From positions 4,331 through 68,330 of the forward strand of contig JBAYKK010000003.1 in assembly GCA_041664625.1 (NCBI GenBank): a DNA stretch of 64,000 bases, given 5' to 3'. This DNA comes from Minisyncoccota bacterium. Lineage in GTDB: Bacteria > Patescibacteriota > Minisyncoccia > Phycocordibacterales > WO2-35-19. The position numbers and the translations under genes were made by a program. Numbering within the stretch: position 1 is the stretch's first letter; the number at the start of each line of letters is the position of its first letter. The notes under the pieces were generated by a model, which saw nothing but the letters and a program-made list of their open reading frames with translations, searched no databases and was not told the origin of the DNA. Below are positions 1 through 8,935 of this stretch, piece by piece.

Positions 1-1058
1 GGTTGGTTTTTCAAACAAATAATCGTATTCATTTGCTTCCAAAATTTCGCTCACTTCGCTCCACCTATGAATTTTTTCTAATATTAATTTCATAAATTTT
101 TCCATGAAAATTTGGTCTTTTATTTTTTCATGACTCCCCCATCTGGTTTTTGAAATTTGGTTTTTGAAATTTGAAATTTTTTCTTCTTCCGGAAGTTTTT
201 TTATGTACTCTTTGTTTAGCCAGTCTAATTTTTCTATATTGAATATACCGCCCTTCTTTTGGACTTTTTTGATATCAAATATTTTGATGAGTTCTGCCAT
301 GCTGAAAATCTCTTGCTCTGTGCCGGGGTTCCAGCCAACCATGGCCAAAAAATTTATGACAGCTTCAGGTAGGTAGCCAGCTTTTTTGTAAAAAGAAACC
401 GAGACTTGTTCACCGTGTTTTCTTTTGGATAGTTTAGTCTGATCAGGAGCAAGCATCATAGGTAAGTGGGCATAGACAGGTCTTTGTGCTCCGATAGCTT
501 CTTGAATCAAGATTTGTCTGGGTGTGTTGGAGATGCCGTCGTCGCCTCTTATCACATGAGTGACTCCCATTTCAAAATCATCTATAATTACCGCCAAGTG
601 GTATATCGGTTCGTCTATACTTTTGGCTATGACAAAATCTTTGAGCTCAGTCGTATCAAATTCGATATCACCTCTAATGAGATCGTTAAATTTTATTTTT
701 TTGTTGGGATTTCTGAATCTGATTACTTCAGCTCTCTGGCCTTCTTCAGTCACTTCTTCTTTTGATAAATAAGCTTTGTCTTCGGCTATCAATTTTTCTA
801 TATATTTTTTGTAGATGCTAGCTCTTTCCGATTGTCTGACAGTGGTCGAAAAATCAGGCTCGATCTGAAGCCATTTTAAATTTTCTATTATGTCCTGGGC
901 GTATTCTTCTTTGGACCTTTCTTTGTCGGTATCTTCTAGTCTGAAAACGATTTGGCCGTCATTTTGTTTGGCAAAAAGATAATTGAAAAGAAAAGTGCGA
1001 GCGTTGCCTATATGGAATAGCCCCGTAGGACTGGGTGGGAATCTGACTATGACTTTTT
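1..1058 (-). CDS. gltX: glutamyl-tRNA synthetase (partial, C-terminus beyond window edge)
   Basis: Edge-truncated minus ORF absent from track; ATG at ~1056-1058; N-term MPNQKVIVRFPPSPTGLFHIGNARTF (HIGH motif) and KLSKR (KMSKS). Confidence 0.85.
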
Positions 1059-1100
1059 GATTTGGCATACCCCAATCTTATCAAAAATTAGGAGTTTTTT

Positions 1101-2234
1101 CTACCCCAATTCTTCGTGAGAAAATACAATAGAGAGAAGTTCCCTAGCGATTTGGTCGGCTGCTTCGGGTTTGAAAAAGTTTTTGGCACTGACTGTCATT
1201 TTTTCTATTATTTCTGGGCTTTCAATAATTCTTTTTATTTCTGCTAAAAGGATATGAGGTTTTAAATTTTCTTCTTGGATCACTGAGCATGCGCCCGCTT
1301 TGGCGTAAGCAAAAGCGTTTTTGGTCTGGTGATTTTCGTTGGAATTGGTGATGGGTATTATGATAGAAGGTTTGCCCCAAGAAGCTATCTCAAATATGGT
1401 AGAACCGGCACGACTTATCACCAAACTAGACACTCCCGCTGCCATACGCATTTCCAAACTATTTAAATAACCAAAAGGTTTGTATCTTTTTTTGTTGGAA
1501 TTTTCCAAGAGAATAGCCGAGGCTGATTCTTTGATCACCTCGATGTTTGCTCCCCCGGTTTGATGTATAACTTGAAAATTTTTGACCAAATCTGGCAGGA
1601 TATCTAAAATAATATTGTTTATTATCTCAGCTCCTTGTGAACCGCCCATAATAAATAGAGTTGGCACACTGTTATCAAAATCAAAAAACTCAGCTGCGCC
1701 ATTATCAAGAGGCGTTAATCTTTCTTGCAAAACTGGTTGCCCGGTGTAAGCGGTTTTTTCTTTGGGGAAATATTCGGCTGCTTCTTTGTATGAAAGGGCT
1801 ACCCGATTGGCAAATTTACCAGCCCATTTGTTGGCTCTCCCGGGGGCCGAGTCAGATTCATGAACAAAAACAGGGATACGCAAAAGTCTGGCCGCCAAAG
1901 TCACAGGGAAACTACCATAACCGCCTTTGCTGAAAACTACATCGGGGTAAATATCAAAAATATCCAAAAGAGCACCCAAGCTCCCCCAAAGGGTTTTGAA
2001 AAAATCAGTGAAATTTAGTATCGAAAAATATTTGCGCATTTTGCCGGCAGTGATTTTTTTGAATTCGATATTATGGTCATAGAGTAGGCCGGGGTTGTAA
2101 GGAGAGGGGGCAAAGAAAAACATTTCCGGTGGTAAAAACTTTTTTTCTTTGGCAATTTTTTGGATCGATTCAGCGACAGCTATGATCGGATAAAAATGGC
2201 CTCCTGTACCTCCGCCTGTAAAAATTATTTTCAT
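1101..2234 (-). CDS. murG: UDP-GlcNAc:lipid I N-acetylglucosaminyltransferase MurG
   Basis: 377 aa; N-term MKIIFTGGGTGGHFYPIIAVAE glycosyltransferase-28 signature; dcw synteny with ftsW/mraY. Confidence 0.9.
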   Translation of the reverse strand: MKIIFTGGGTGGHFYPIIAVAESIQKIAKEKKFLPPEMFFFAPSPYNPGLLYDHNIEFKKITAGKMRKYFSILNFTDFFKTLWGSLGALLDIFDIYPDVVFSKGGYGSFPVTLAARLLRIPVFVHESDSAPGRANKWAGKFANRVALSYKEAAEYFPKEKTAYTGQPVLQERLTPLDNGAAEFFDFDNSVPTLFIMGGSQGAEIINNIILDILPDLVKNFQVIHQTGGANIEVIKESASAILLENSNKKRYKPFGYLNSLEMRMAAGVSSLVISRAGSTIFEIASWGKPSIIIPITNSNENHQTKNAFAYAKAGACSVIQEENLKPHILLAEIKRIIESPEIIEKMTVSAKNFFKPEAADQIARELLSIVFSHEELG

Positions 2235-3370
2235 TTAGTTTCGCGAGTTATTTTTTTGTTACTTCTGGATATATTCATTATAAGTCCGGCTTCAGATAAA
2301 GTGATAAGCAGGGCTGTCCCACCATGGCTTATAAATGGCAAAGGTATGCCTGTCAAAGGTAGGACCCCGATCATCCCGCTTATGTTTATAAGCGCTTGGG
2401 ATATAATAAGTATAACAATTCCCAAAGCCAAAAGTCTACCGAAGTCATCGGGCGCTTTTGATGATATTTTTAAACCTTCTAAACTAAAAATAATGAAAAT
2501 GGCGATGATGCAAAAAGCTCCAACGAAACCAAATTCTTCGGCTGCTACCGCAAAAACTGAATCCCCAACTGGCTCTGGTAAGTAATGAAATTTTTGGATA
2601 CTTTGACCAAATCCCCTACCCCAGATTTGGCCGGAGCCGACGGCGATGAGCGATTGATTCAATTGGTAACCACTCGTCTGACTGTTTATGCTGGGGTGGA
2701 TCATCACGTCAATCCTCTGTTTGATGTAAGGTCTGGTGAAATAAAGAAGCGCCAACATTGTTATGCCTCCTATTACTATAATCAAAATGTGCCGCCACTT
2801 AGCTCCGGCTGTTATGTACATAGCCATAGATGCAAAAATAATAACGGCGTAAGTGTCAGTGTCTGGTTGAGCCAAAAGTAATATTCCCAATATGCCCATG
2901 AATATAGCAAATGGCCAAAACCCCCATGAGAGTGTCCCCACTTTTTCTTTTAACCTGGCTAGCCAAGCGGCGAAATAAACAATAAAAGCAATTTTCAAAA
3001 GCTCGGCTGGTTGAAAAGTTATAAAACCCAAATCAATCCAACGTTTGGCTCCTCCGTGCTCCATGCCTACACCGGGTATAAAAACTAGGAGAGTTAACAA
3101 AAATGAGCCTACAAAAAAAATAAAAGCGTATTTTTTCCAGATGTGGTAGTCAATTTTGGCAAAAAAGAGACAAGTCAAAGAGCCTAAAAATAAACCCCAA
3201 AAAAGTTGGGTTGAAGCTATGTTTGAAAATTTGATCTCGTCTCGAGCTAGTACTCCAAGTGAAGCCGAGCTAAAAATAAAAAAACCACCTACCGCAAGGA
3301 TAATAGTTAAAATCAAAAATGGTCTGCTTATTTTGCCGGTTTTTATAGTCATATGATTTAGCGAAATCAT
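2231..3370 (-). CDS. ftsW: SEDS family peptidoglycan polymerase / lipid II flippase FtsW-RodA
   Basis: 379 aa polytopic membrane protein, 4-nt overlap with murG, between mraY and murG. Confidence 0.85.
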   Translation of the reverse strand: MISLNHMTIKTGKISRPFLILTIILAVGGFFIFSSASLGVLARDEIKFSNIASTQLFWGLFLGSLTCLFFAKIDYHIWKKYAFIFFVGSFLLTLLVFIPGVGMEHGGAKRWIDLGFITFQPAELLKIAFIVYFAAWLARLKEKVGTLSWGFWPFAIFMGILGILLLAQPDTDTYAVIIFASMAMYITAGAKWRHILIIVIGGITMLALLYFTRPYIKQRIDVMIHPSINSQTSGYQLNQSLIAVGSGQIWGRGFGQSIQKFHYLPEPVGDSVFAVAAEEFGFVGAFCIIAIFIIFSLEGLKISSKAPDDFGRLLALGIVILIISQALINISGMIGVLPLTGIPLPFISHGGTALLITLSEAGLIMNISRSNKKITRETK

Positions 3371-3417
3371 GTCGCGTTAACGTCCATTGAAACGCGACCT
3401 TATTTTAACACAAAACA

Positions 3418-4500
3418 CTACCCGATCAGCGCCAAGGTGATGCCGAGAATGGCACAGATGACTGAGATGATCCAATAGCGCATGGTCACTTTGTAAGCCG
3501 GCCAACCGATAGCTTCAAAATGATGATGCAGTGGAGCTACCAAAAATAATTTTTTACCTCGATATTTTTTAGAAAGTACCTGGGTAATGTTAGAAAAAAC
3601 AGTGGCAACTAGAGGCAGAGCGATAATAGGTAAAACCAAAAATCCGTATCCCTCTCCCAATTTATCGGTCATAAAGGCTACGACGGTCAAAGTGATAGTG
3701 AGGCCCATGGTACCGGTTTCAGACATATAAAATCTAGCTGGCGGTATATTGAACCAAAGGAAGGCTAAAATACCACCTACTACCACGGTGCAAAAAGCAG
3801 CCAAGTCGATTTGTTGTTGGTAAAAAGCGATACCACCATAAGCGGCAAACATAGTGGCAAAAACTCCACCAGCCAAACCATCCAAACCGTCTATCACTCC
3901 CCCGGCATAAATGAAAAGTGCGGTAACCAAAAATAGTATTATAAAAAGTGGCCCTAGGAAAAACTCACCACTACCAAATAAAAATGGTAAGCCGATCCCA
4001 GCTACGCCCAGTTTAATATAAAACCAAAAAGCACAAGCCAAAGCGATAACCGATACGATAAGAAGGCGTTTTTTCAAAGAAAGACCGCCTTTACCCTTTT
4101 CTTTTCTTGAACCTTTTATTTCTAAATAATCGTCAATTAATCCGACTAAAGAACCTAATAGTAAAGTAGCCAGAGGTATCCAAGTTTGATTACGAGAAAC
4201 GAAATCTAATTTGAGGGTAGTTTCGCTTGGGAAAAAATAAGCCAAAAGCCAGATGAATATCATCACTCCCACTGAGCTAAACCAGATGATGATACCGCCC
4301 ATTCGGGGCGTGTTTATTTCTTTTTCTTTGTGGAGTTCATTGAAAATCTTGGCTTCAGTGCCGTCTAAGGCGGTCTTGCCAGCTTTGTGTTTCCACATCT
4401 GATGGGCGTATAAATAATTGGTTAAGATGGGCGTTATCAAAACTCCAAGTGCAAACGCTGCGATTGCTGGCAAAAATATTTTTACAATGTCTATTATCAT
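3418..4500 (-). CDS. mraY: phospho-N-acetylmuramoyl-pentapeptide transferase MraY
   Basis: 360 aa, 10 TM, HHHFE motif near C-terminus, DDxxD-like motifs. Confidence 0.9.
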   Translation of the reverse strand: MIIDIVKIFLPAIAAFALGVLITPILTNYLYAHQMWKHKAGKTALDGTEAKIFNELHKEKEINTPRMGGIIIWFSSVGVMIFIWLLAYFFPSETTLKLDFVSRNQTWIPLATLLLGSLVGLIDDYLEIKGSRKEKGKGGLSLKKRLLIVSVIALACAFWFYIKLGVAGIGLPFLFGSGEFFLGPLFIILFLVTALFIYAGGVIDGLDGLAGGVFATMFAAYGGIAFYQQQIDLAAFCTVVVGGILAFLWFNIPPARFYMSETGTMGLTITLTVVAFMTDKLGEGYGFLVLPIIALPLVATVFSNITQVLSKKYRGKKLFLVAPLHHHFEAIGWPAYKVTMRYWIISVICAILGITLALIG

Positions 4501-4511
4501 ATAATCAAAAA

Positions 4512-5444
4512 TTATTGATTAATGTATTCTACACTAGCTTGCATCAATTTTAAAACATCCGTAAACCTACCTTCTTCGCTAGAGCCTAAAACTGAAATAA
4601 TAATAGGCCGATTGAGGCCAGCATCAAAAGCCACTACCAAATTACCCCCAGCCAAATCAGTGTAGCCGGTTTTGGAAGCGATGATGTTTGGTATTTGGTC
4701 TATGATGGTGTTGGTATTTTCTGATGGATAAGTTTTTTGGCTACTTTCAAATTGTAAATTTTTGTAACGAGTGGCTTCTAAAATCTCAGGATAGTTTTTG
4801 AGAGTGTATTGAAAAAGTGTGGTCATGTCTCGAGCTGAGCCGTAAGCTCCGCCTCTATCTACTTGAGTATCTAAACCATGTTCATTAAAAAATTTACTAT
4901 TGGAAAGGCCGATTTTGCTAGCGATGTCGTTCATTTCTTTTATAAATGATGAGTCCCCTTTTACCCCAGCTACTGCCGCTAAAGCAAACGCTCCATCATT
5001 GGAAGAAGTAAGTAATGTAAAATCTCTGAGGTCTTGGGCTTCCCAAGTGTCCCCCACTACCAATTTTGAATCACCTTCTGGGAGCAAATCTCCACTCGTT
5101 ATTTTTATTTTTTGGTTGTTTTCTAATTTACCATTTAAAGTAACGGCCGTCATAACCTTGGTAAGTGAGGCCAAAGGCAAAGGAGTATCTGGATTTTTGG
5201 AAAATAATTCTCGGTTGTTTATCACATCCCAGACCATTACTGCTTTGGCTTCCAAACTTATGTCTTGGAAAAAGTCTGGATTTTGGACTGTCTCCGCCTT
5301 CACTTCTTTATTCAAAGCATTCTCGCCTATGATCATCAAACTAAAAATCAAAATGGAGAAAATAAATAAATAAGAAAGTACATGGACGAAGTATTTTGTC
5401 CTGTTTTCTTTGTTAAATATTTTTTTGAAATTATTCGGTGGCAT
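4512..5444 (-). CDS. D-alanyl-D-alanine carboxypeptidase (peptidase S11, PBP5-like)
   Basis: N-terminal TM anchor; SxxK (ASLTK), SxN (SSND), KTG (KTGYT) motifs. Confidence 0.75.
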   Translation of the reverse strand: MPPNNFKKIFNKENRTKYFVHVLSYLFIFSILIFSLMIIGENALNKEVKAETVQNPDFFQDISLEAKAVMVWDVINNRELFSKNPDTPLPLASLTKVMTAVTLNGKLENNQKIKITSGDLLPEGDSKLVVGDTWEAQDLRDFTLLTSSNDGAFALAAVAGVKGDSSFIKEMNDIASKIGLSNSKFFNEHGLDTQVDRGGAYGSARDMTTLFQYTLKNYPEILEATRYKNLQFESSQKTYPSENTNTIIDQIPNIIASKTGYTDLAGGNLVVAFDAGLNRPIIISVLGSSEEGRFTDVLKLMQASVEYINQ

Positions 5445-5973
5445 TTTGGGTATCTTCGGTTGCTTTTATTTTACTTTTAAACATTTCAAATTCTGGCAAT
5501 TCTTCTACTTTTTTTATTCCTAAATGAGCCAAAAGGTTTAAACTGCTCCTATATCTAAAAACCCGCAGATCTTTGGTATCTGCCTCTTTTTCTACTAAAC
5601 CGCGCACACAGAGGTTTCTCAATATAAAGGTAGAATTGACCCCCCTTATAAAATCAACCTCTCTACGGCTGACTGGCCCATTATATAGCACAATGGCCAA
5701 GGTTTCGAGGCCGGCTTTGCCTATCTCTCGGCTCATTTCGTCTTTGGCTATTTTTTCTATTAAGTCTTTAGTTTCTGATGATGTCGCCAAGCTCACTTCT
5801 TTTTCGGTCTGGACCAAACATAAACCTCGGCCAGCCAAAGACTCCGAGAGTTTTTGCAAAGACTCTTTTATTTCTCCTTCTTTTGTTTCCAAAAGTTCTG
5901 CCAATTTTTTGATTTCGATTGGCTCGTTTTTATAAAAAAGTATGGCTTCTATTTGATTTTCAATTGTGATCAT
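5431..5973 (-). CDS. scpB: segregation and condensation protein B
   Basis: 180 aa, ScpB winged-helix pattern, immediately downstream of scpA. Confidence 0.8.
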   Translation of the reverse strand: MITIENQIEAILFYKNEPIEIKKLAELLETKEGEIKESLQKLSESLAGRGLCLVQTEKEVSLATSSETKDLIEKIAKDEMSREIGKAGLETLAIVLYNGPVSRREVDFIRGVNSTFILRNLCVRGLVEKEADTKDLRVFRYRSSLNLLAHLGIKKVEELPEFEMFKSKIKATEDTQNATE

Positions 5974-5987
5974 GTTTTTTTCTTTCT

Positions 5988-6055
5988 CCCCTCTCCTGCA
6001 TCTAGGCGATTCACCAGAATCGAACAGGCGATGAAGAGGGGTTGGGGGTGAGGTT
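5988..6055. repeat. inverted-repeat copy A (54-nt core 5988-6041), reverse complement of copy B
   Basis: core cccctctcctgcatctaggcgattcaccagaatcgaacaggcgatgaagagggg is the exact reverse complement of 6832-6885; extension ggttgggggtgaggtt overlaps the scpA stop codon. Confidence 0.9.
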
Positions 6056-6791
6056 AATAATAAGTGGGTACTCCTGTGCTTTCACTTTCGATTTCAATAT
6101 CGGCAAAATGTTTGTTTTGATTGACTCGAACCGATCCTTGTTTAACCAATTCTAGCATAGCCAAGAAGCTTACTATAACATTCACCTTTTCTGCTTTGCC
6201 CATACCAGAGAAATCGGAGAAGCTGGTTTTTAGGCTGGTCTTGATACGCTCGGTTAGTTTATCAACCATCTCTTCCAAACTGATTATTTTGCCCACTACC
6301 ACTTTGGGTAACTGCTCTACTTTTTGGGGCATATTTTGCAATACCTCGTGCAAGGCATTTTGCAAAGAAATCAAAGTGATATCAGGAGTCGGTGAAAAAA
6401 TCACTTTTTGGATTTTACTGTCTCTTGCGAAATACAAAAAGTTGCCAAACATATCCCCCAAACCTATCGACAATTCTTTGTATTTTTTATAACTCGTCAG
6501 TCGGTTTTCTAGATCTTCGATACTACCCTGCTCTTCTTCGGTGAGAGGTAAGTTTGGCAAAAGCGATTTGGATTTGATGAGTAGAAGCGTTGAAGCGACC
6601 AAAATAAAATCAGCCGAGTCAGACATCGGGAATTCTTCAAAAGATTTGATATGTTCAATAAACTCGTCGGCGACTTGAGAGAGCGAGATGTCGCTTATGT
6701 GAAGTTTCCTTTTTTCTATGAGCTCTAGTATGAGCTCTAATGGGCCTTCTACCTCCCCTACTTTGACTTTAAAATCTTCTGGCATAAGCAT
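6054..6791 (-). CDS. scpA: segregation and condensation protein A
   Basis: 245 aa; LELILELIEKRKLHISDISLSQVADEF ScpA N-terminal signature. Confidence 0.8.
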   Translation of the reverse strand: MLMPEDFKVKVGEVEGPLELILELIEKRKLHISDISLSQVADEFIEHIKSFEEFPMSDSADFILVASTLLLIKSKSLLPNLPLTEEEQGSIEDLENRLTSYKKYKELSIGLGDMFGNFLYFARDSKIQKVIFSPTPDITLISLQNALHEVLQNMPQKVEQLPKVVVGKIISLEEMVDKLTERIKTSLKTSFSDFSGMGKAEKVNVIVSFLAMLELVKQGSVRVNQNKHFADIEIESESTGVPTYY

Positions 6792-6801
6792 ATTTTAACA
6801 C

Positions 6802-6885
6802 AACCTCACCCCGTTTGCCTTTGGCAAACTGCCCCTCTTCATCGCCTGTTCGATTCTGGTGAATCGCCTAGATGCAGGAGAGGGG
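6802..6885. repeat. inverted-repeat copy B (54-nt core 6832-6885) with extra 20-bp internal hairpin
   Basis: Perfect reverse complement of 5988-6041; left extension aacctcacccc shared; contains gtttgcc-aaa-ggcaaac hairpin absent from copy A. Confidence 0.9.
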
Positions 6886-6946
6886 AAAAATAATGTTTGC
6901 ATTTTAAAACAGAGTATGCTATAATATAAGACAGGAGAGTATAAAC

Positions 6947-7201
6947 ATGGCTAATGTTTGTCCTAACTTGGGCTGTTCAAGTACAAGTGGTGAACCGGGG
7001 TTTTGCTACCGATGCGGTAGCCTAATGATCCCGATGCCGTCGTGCAAATGGTGCAGAAAAGAACTCTGGCCTCATGAACTTTTCTGTCATCGTTGTGGTC
7101 GAGGTCGTCATGAGGCGATCAATGGCAAACCGGAGAAGGAGAAGGAGAAGGAGAAAAAGAAGAATTGGATTCAAAGAATCATTTCCAAAATCATTCACTG
7201 A
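6947..7201 (+). CDS. small double zinc-ribbon protein with EK-repeat tail (hypothetical)
   Basis: 84 aa; CPNLGC...CYRCG...CKWC...CHRCG; (EK)4 repeat; TATAAT at ~6921; RBS aggagag; GC ~52% against ~36% background. Confidence 0.5.
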   Translation: MANVCPNLGCSSTSGEPGFCYRCGSLMIPMPSCKWCRKELWPHELFCHRCGRGRHEAINGKPEKEKEKEKKKNWIQRIISKIIH

Positions 7202-7216
7202 TCTCGTCGTCATCCG

Positions 7217-7259
7217 TCCCCTCTGGCTCTCGTAAGAGAGCCGGTGGGGCGATTTTTTT
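7217..7259 (+). terminator. rho-independent terminator
   Basis: cccctctggctctc-gtaa-gagagccggtgggg stem followed by a T7 run. Confidence 0.6.
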
Positions 7260-7333
7260 ATTTTAATTTCATTACGCAACAAAAATTATCATATGTAAGT
7301 TGTACAATAGTTTTAGAGTAATATACTTAAAGG

Positions 7334-7460
7334 TGAGGAATTGTCAGACAGGTCGATCGGAGCCACTATCCGATGTCGTTAGGCTTCGTCCCCTTTCGAA
7401 CTTTTCTCTAAATTTCTCACGCATGTCCCCCTTGTTTAGGCAAGTGGGGGCATTTTTTAT
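7334..7460 (+). ncRNA. candidate small RNA (unknown family) with own promoter and terminator
   Basis: TTGTAC-16-TATACT at 7300-7327; no ORF >13 aa; internal 9-bp stem cgaucgga/uccgaug; GC-rich terminator 7422-7453 plus T6. Confidence 0.3.
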
Positions 7461-7522
7461 ATAATTATTTATAGCGATATATCGCATGAAATAGAATTTT
7501 TAAATTCAGGGCGTTATTCTTT

Positions 7523-8920
7523 TTATTTGCTTTTCTCTCTGATTTTTATGTGGAGTTCGCGGAGTTGAGCTTCGGAAATTTCAGAAGGGGCGTTCATCAT
7601 AAGGTCCTTACCTTCGCCAGTTTTAGGGAAAGCAATAACTTCTCGGATGTTAGGTTCATTTTGTAAGAGCATCACAGTACGATCAATACCTGGAGCGAAA
7701 CCACCATGTGGCGGTGCGCCGTAAGTGAAAGCCTCCAACATATGACCAAATTTCTTTTGAGTATCTTCGTCAGAAATATTGAGCAGTTTGAAAACTTGTT
7801 TTTGTTCGGCTTGATCATGGATCCTGATAGAGCCCGAAGAAAGTTCATAACCATTTAGAACTAAATCGTAAGAATTAGCTCTAATAGAAAACAAATCTTC
7901 GCCTTTCATAAATTTTTGTTTGTCTTCAGGTTTAATAGAACAAAATGGATGGTGGGCAGCGGCGATAGAACCATCATCTTTTTTCTCAAACATAGGGAAA
8001 TCGGTAATCCAAGCGAAAGCTAGTTCATCTGGATCGTTTTTGTCTTTTCTTAAATCTGGTTTGTCAGTGCCGTATTTTTCCATCACTTGAGCAAAAGTAA
8101 AACGAGGGAAAGGTGTTGCGGTAAACTTTTTTTGGGGGTAAAGAGTTTTTACAAGTTCAATAAACATAGCCTCAGTGTATGAAAGGACGTCTTCTTGTTC
8201 AACAAATGACATTTCAAAGTCTAGTTGAGTAAATTCGGGCTGTCTGTCCCCTCTTGAGTCTTCGTCACGCATACATCTAGCAATCTGAAAATATCTTTCA
8301 AATCCGGCTACCATAGAGAGTTGTTTGAATTGTTGAGGTGATTGCGGTAGGACATAAAATTTGCCGTGGTAAAGTCTTGATGGTACTACATATTCACGAG
8401 AACCTTCCGGAGTTCCTTTCATCATGATTGGAGTTTCAATTTCGACGAAATCATTTTTGTGCATATAATCACGAAAGAAAGAAATTATTTTATCTCTCAT
8501 TCTAATATTATTTTGCATCCTTTGGCTTCGTAGATCTAAGTATCTGTATTTTAATCTAGAGTCTTCGTTTATTTCTTTGGTATCTTCAGAAATATCAAAA
8601 GGTAGAGTTTCGGCTTTGTTCAAAACTTCTATATTTTTGACTTCTAGTTCAATATCGCCGTTCAAAACTCCAGCTTTGATGTTTTTTTCTGGTCTTTTGT
8701 TTACGACGCCAGTGACCGCCAAAACCCATTCGGTACGCATTTCTTTAGCAGTTTCAATCGCGAGACTTGCAGGTAGGACTACACATTGGACCAAGCCAGT
8801 CATATCACGCATATCCATAAAAACCATCTTGCCTTGGTCTCGTCTCACATTGACCCAGCCTTTTATAACCACCTCTTCGCCAACCTTTTCTTTCAAATCT
8901 TTTAAGTATGTTCTTTTCAT
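7523..8920 (-). CDS. aspS: aspartyl-tRNA synthetase, short type without GAD insertion, possibly non-discriminating
   Basis: 465 aa; motif 2 FERYFQIARCMRDEDSRGDRQPEFTQLDFE matches the AspRS FRDEDLRADRQPEFTQ signature. Confidence 0.8.
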   Translation of the reverse strand: MKRTYLKDLKEKVGEEVVIKGWVNVRRDQGKMVFMDMRDMTGLVQCVVLPASLAIETAKEMRTEWVLAVTGVVNKRPEKNIKAGVLNGDIELEVKNIEVLNKAETLPFDISEDTKEINEDSRLKYRYLDLRSQRMQNNIRMRDKIISFFRDYMHKNDFVEIETPIMMKGTPEGSREYVVPSRLYHGKFYVLPQSPQQFKQLSMVAGFERYFQIARCMRDEDSRGDRQPEFTQLDFEMSFVEQEDVLSYTEAMFIELVKTLYPQKKFTATPFPRFTFAQVMEKYGTDKPDLRKDKNDPDELAFAWITDFPMFEKKDDGSIAAAHHPFCSIKPEDKQKFMKGEDLFSIRANSYDLVLNGYELSSGSIRIHDQAEQKQVFKLLNISDEDTQKKFGHMLEAFTYGAPPHGGFAPGIDRTVMLLQNEPNIREVIAFPKTGEGKDLMMNAPSEISEAQLRELHIKIREKSK

Positions 8921-8935
8921 ATAATTTATCGAATC

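Noticed and set aside
1661-1933. Numerous 60-190-aa plus-strand ORFs antisense to large minus-strand genes (e.g. 1661-1933, 4900-5373, 8577-8924, 22089-22655, 46401-46817)
   Set aside because: Shadow ORFs embedded in confidently identified housekeeping genes. No RBS or homology signal.
7334-7460. Assignment of the candidate sRNA to 6S, SRP or tmRNA
   Set aside because: No CCA end or T-arm (tmRNA), no domain-IV GNRA/AGCAGC motifs (SRP), and too short and wrong shape for 6S. Kept only as an unclassified candidate.
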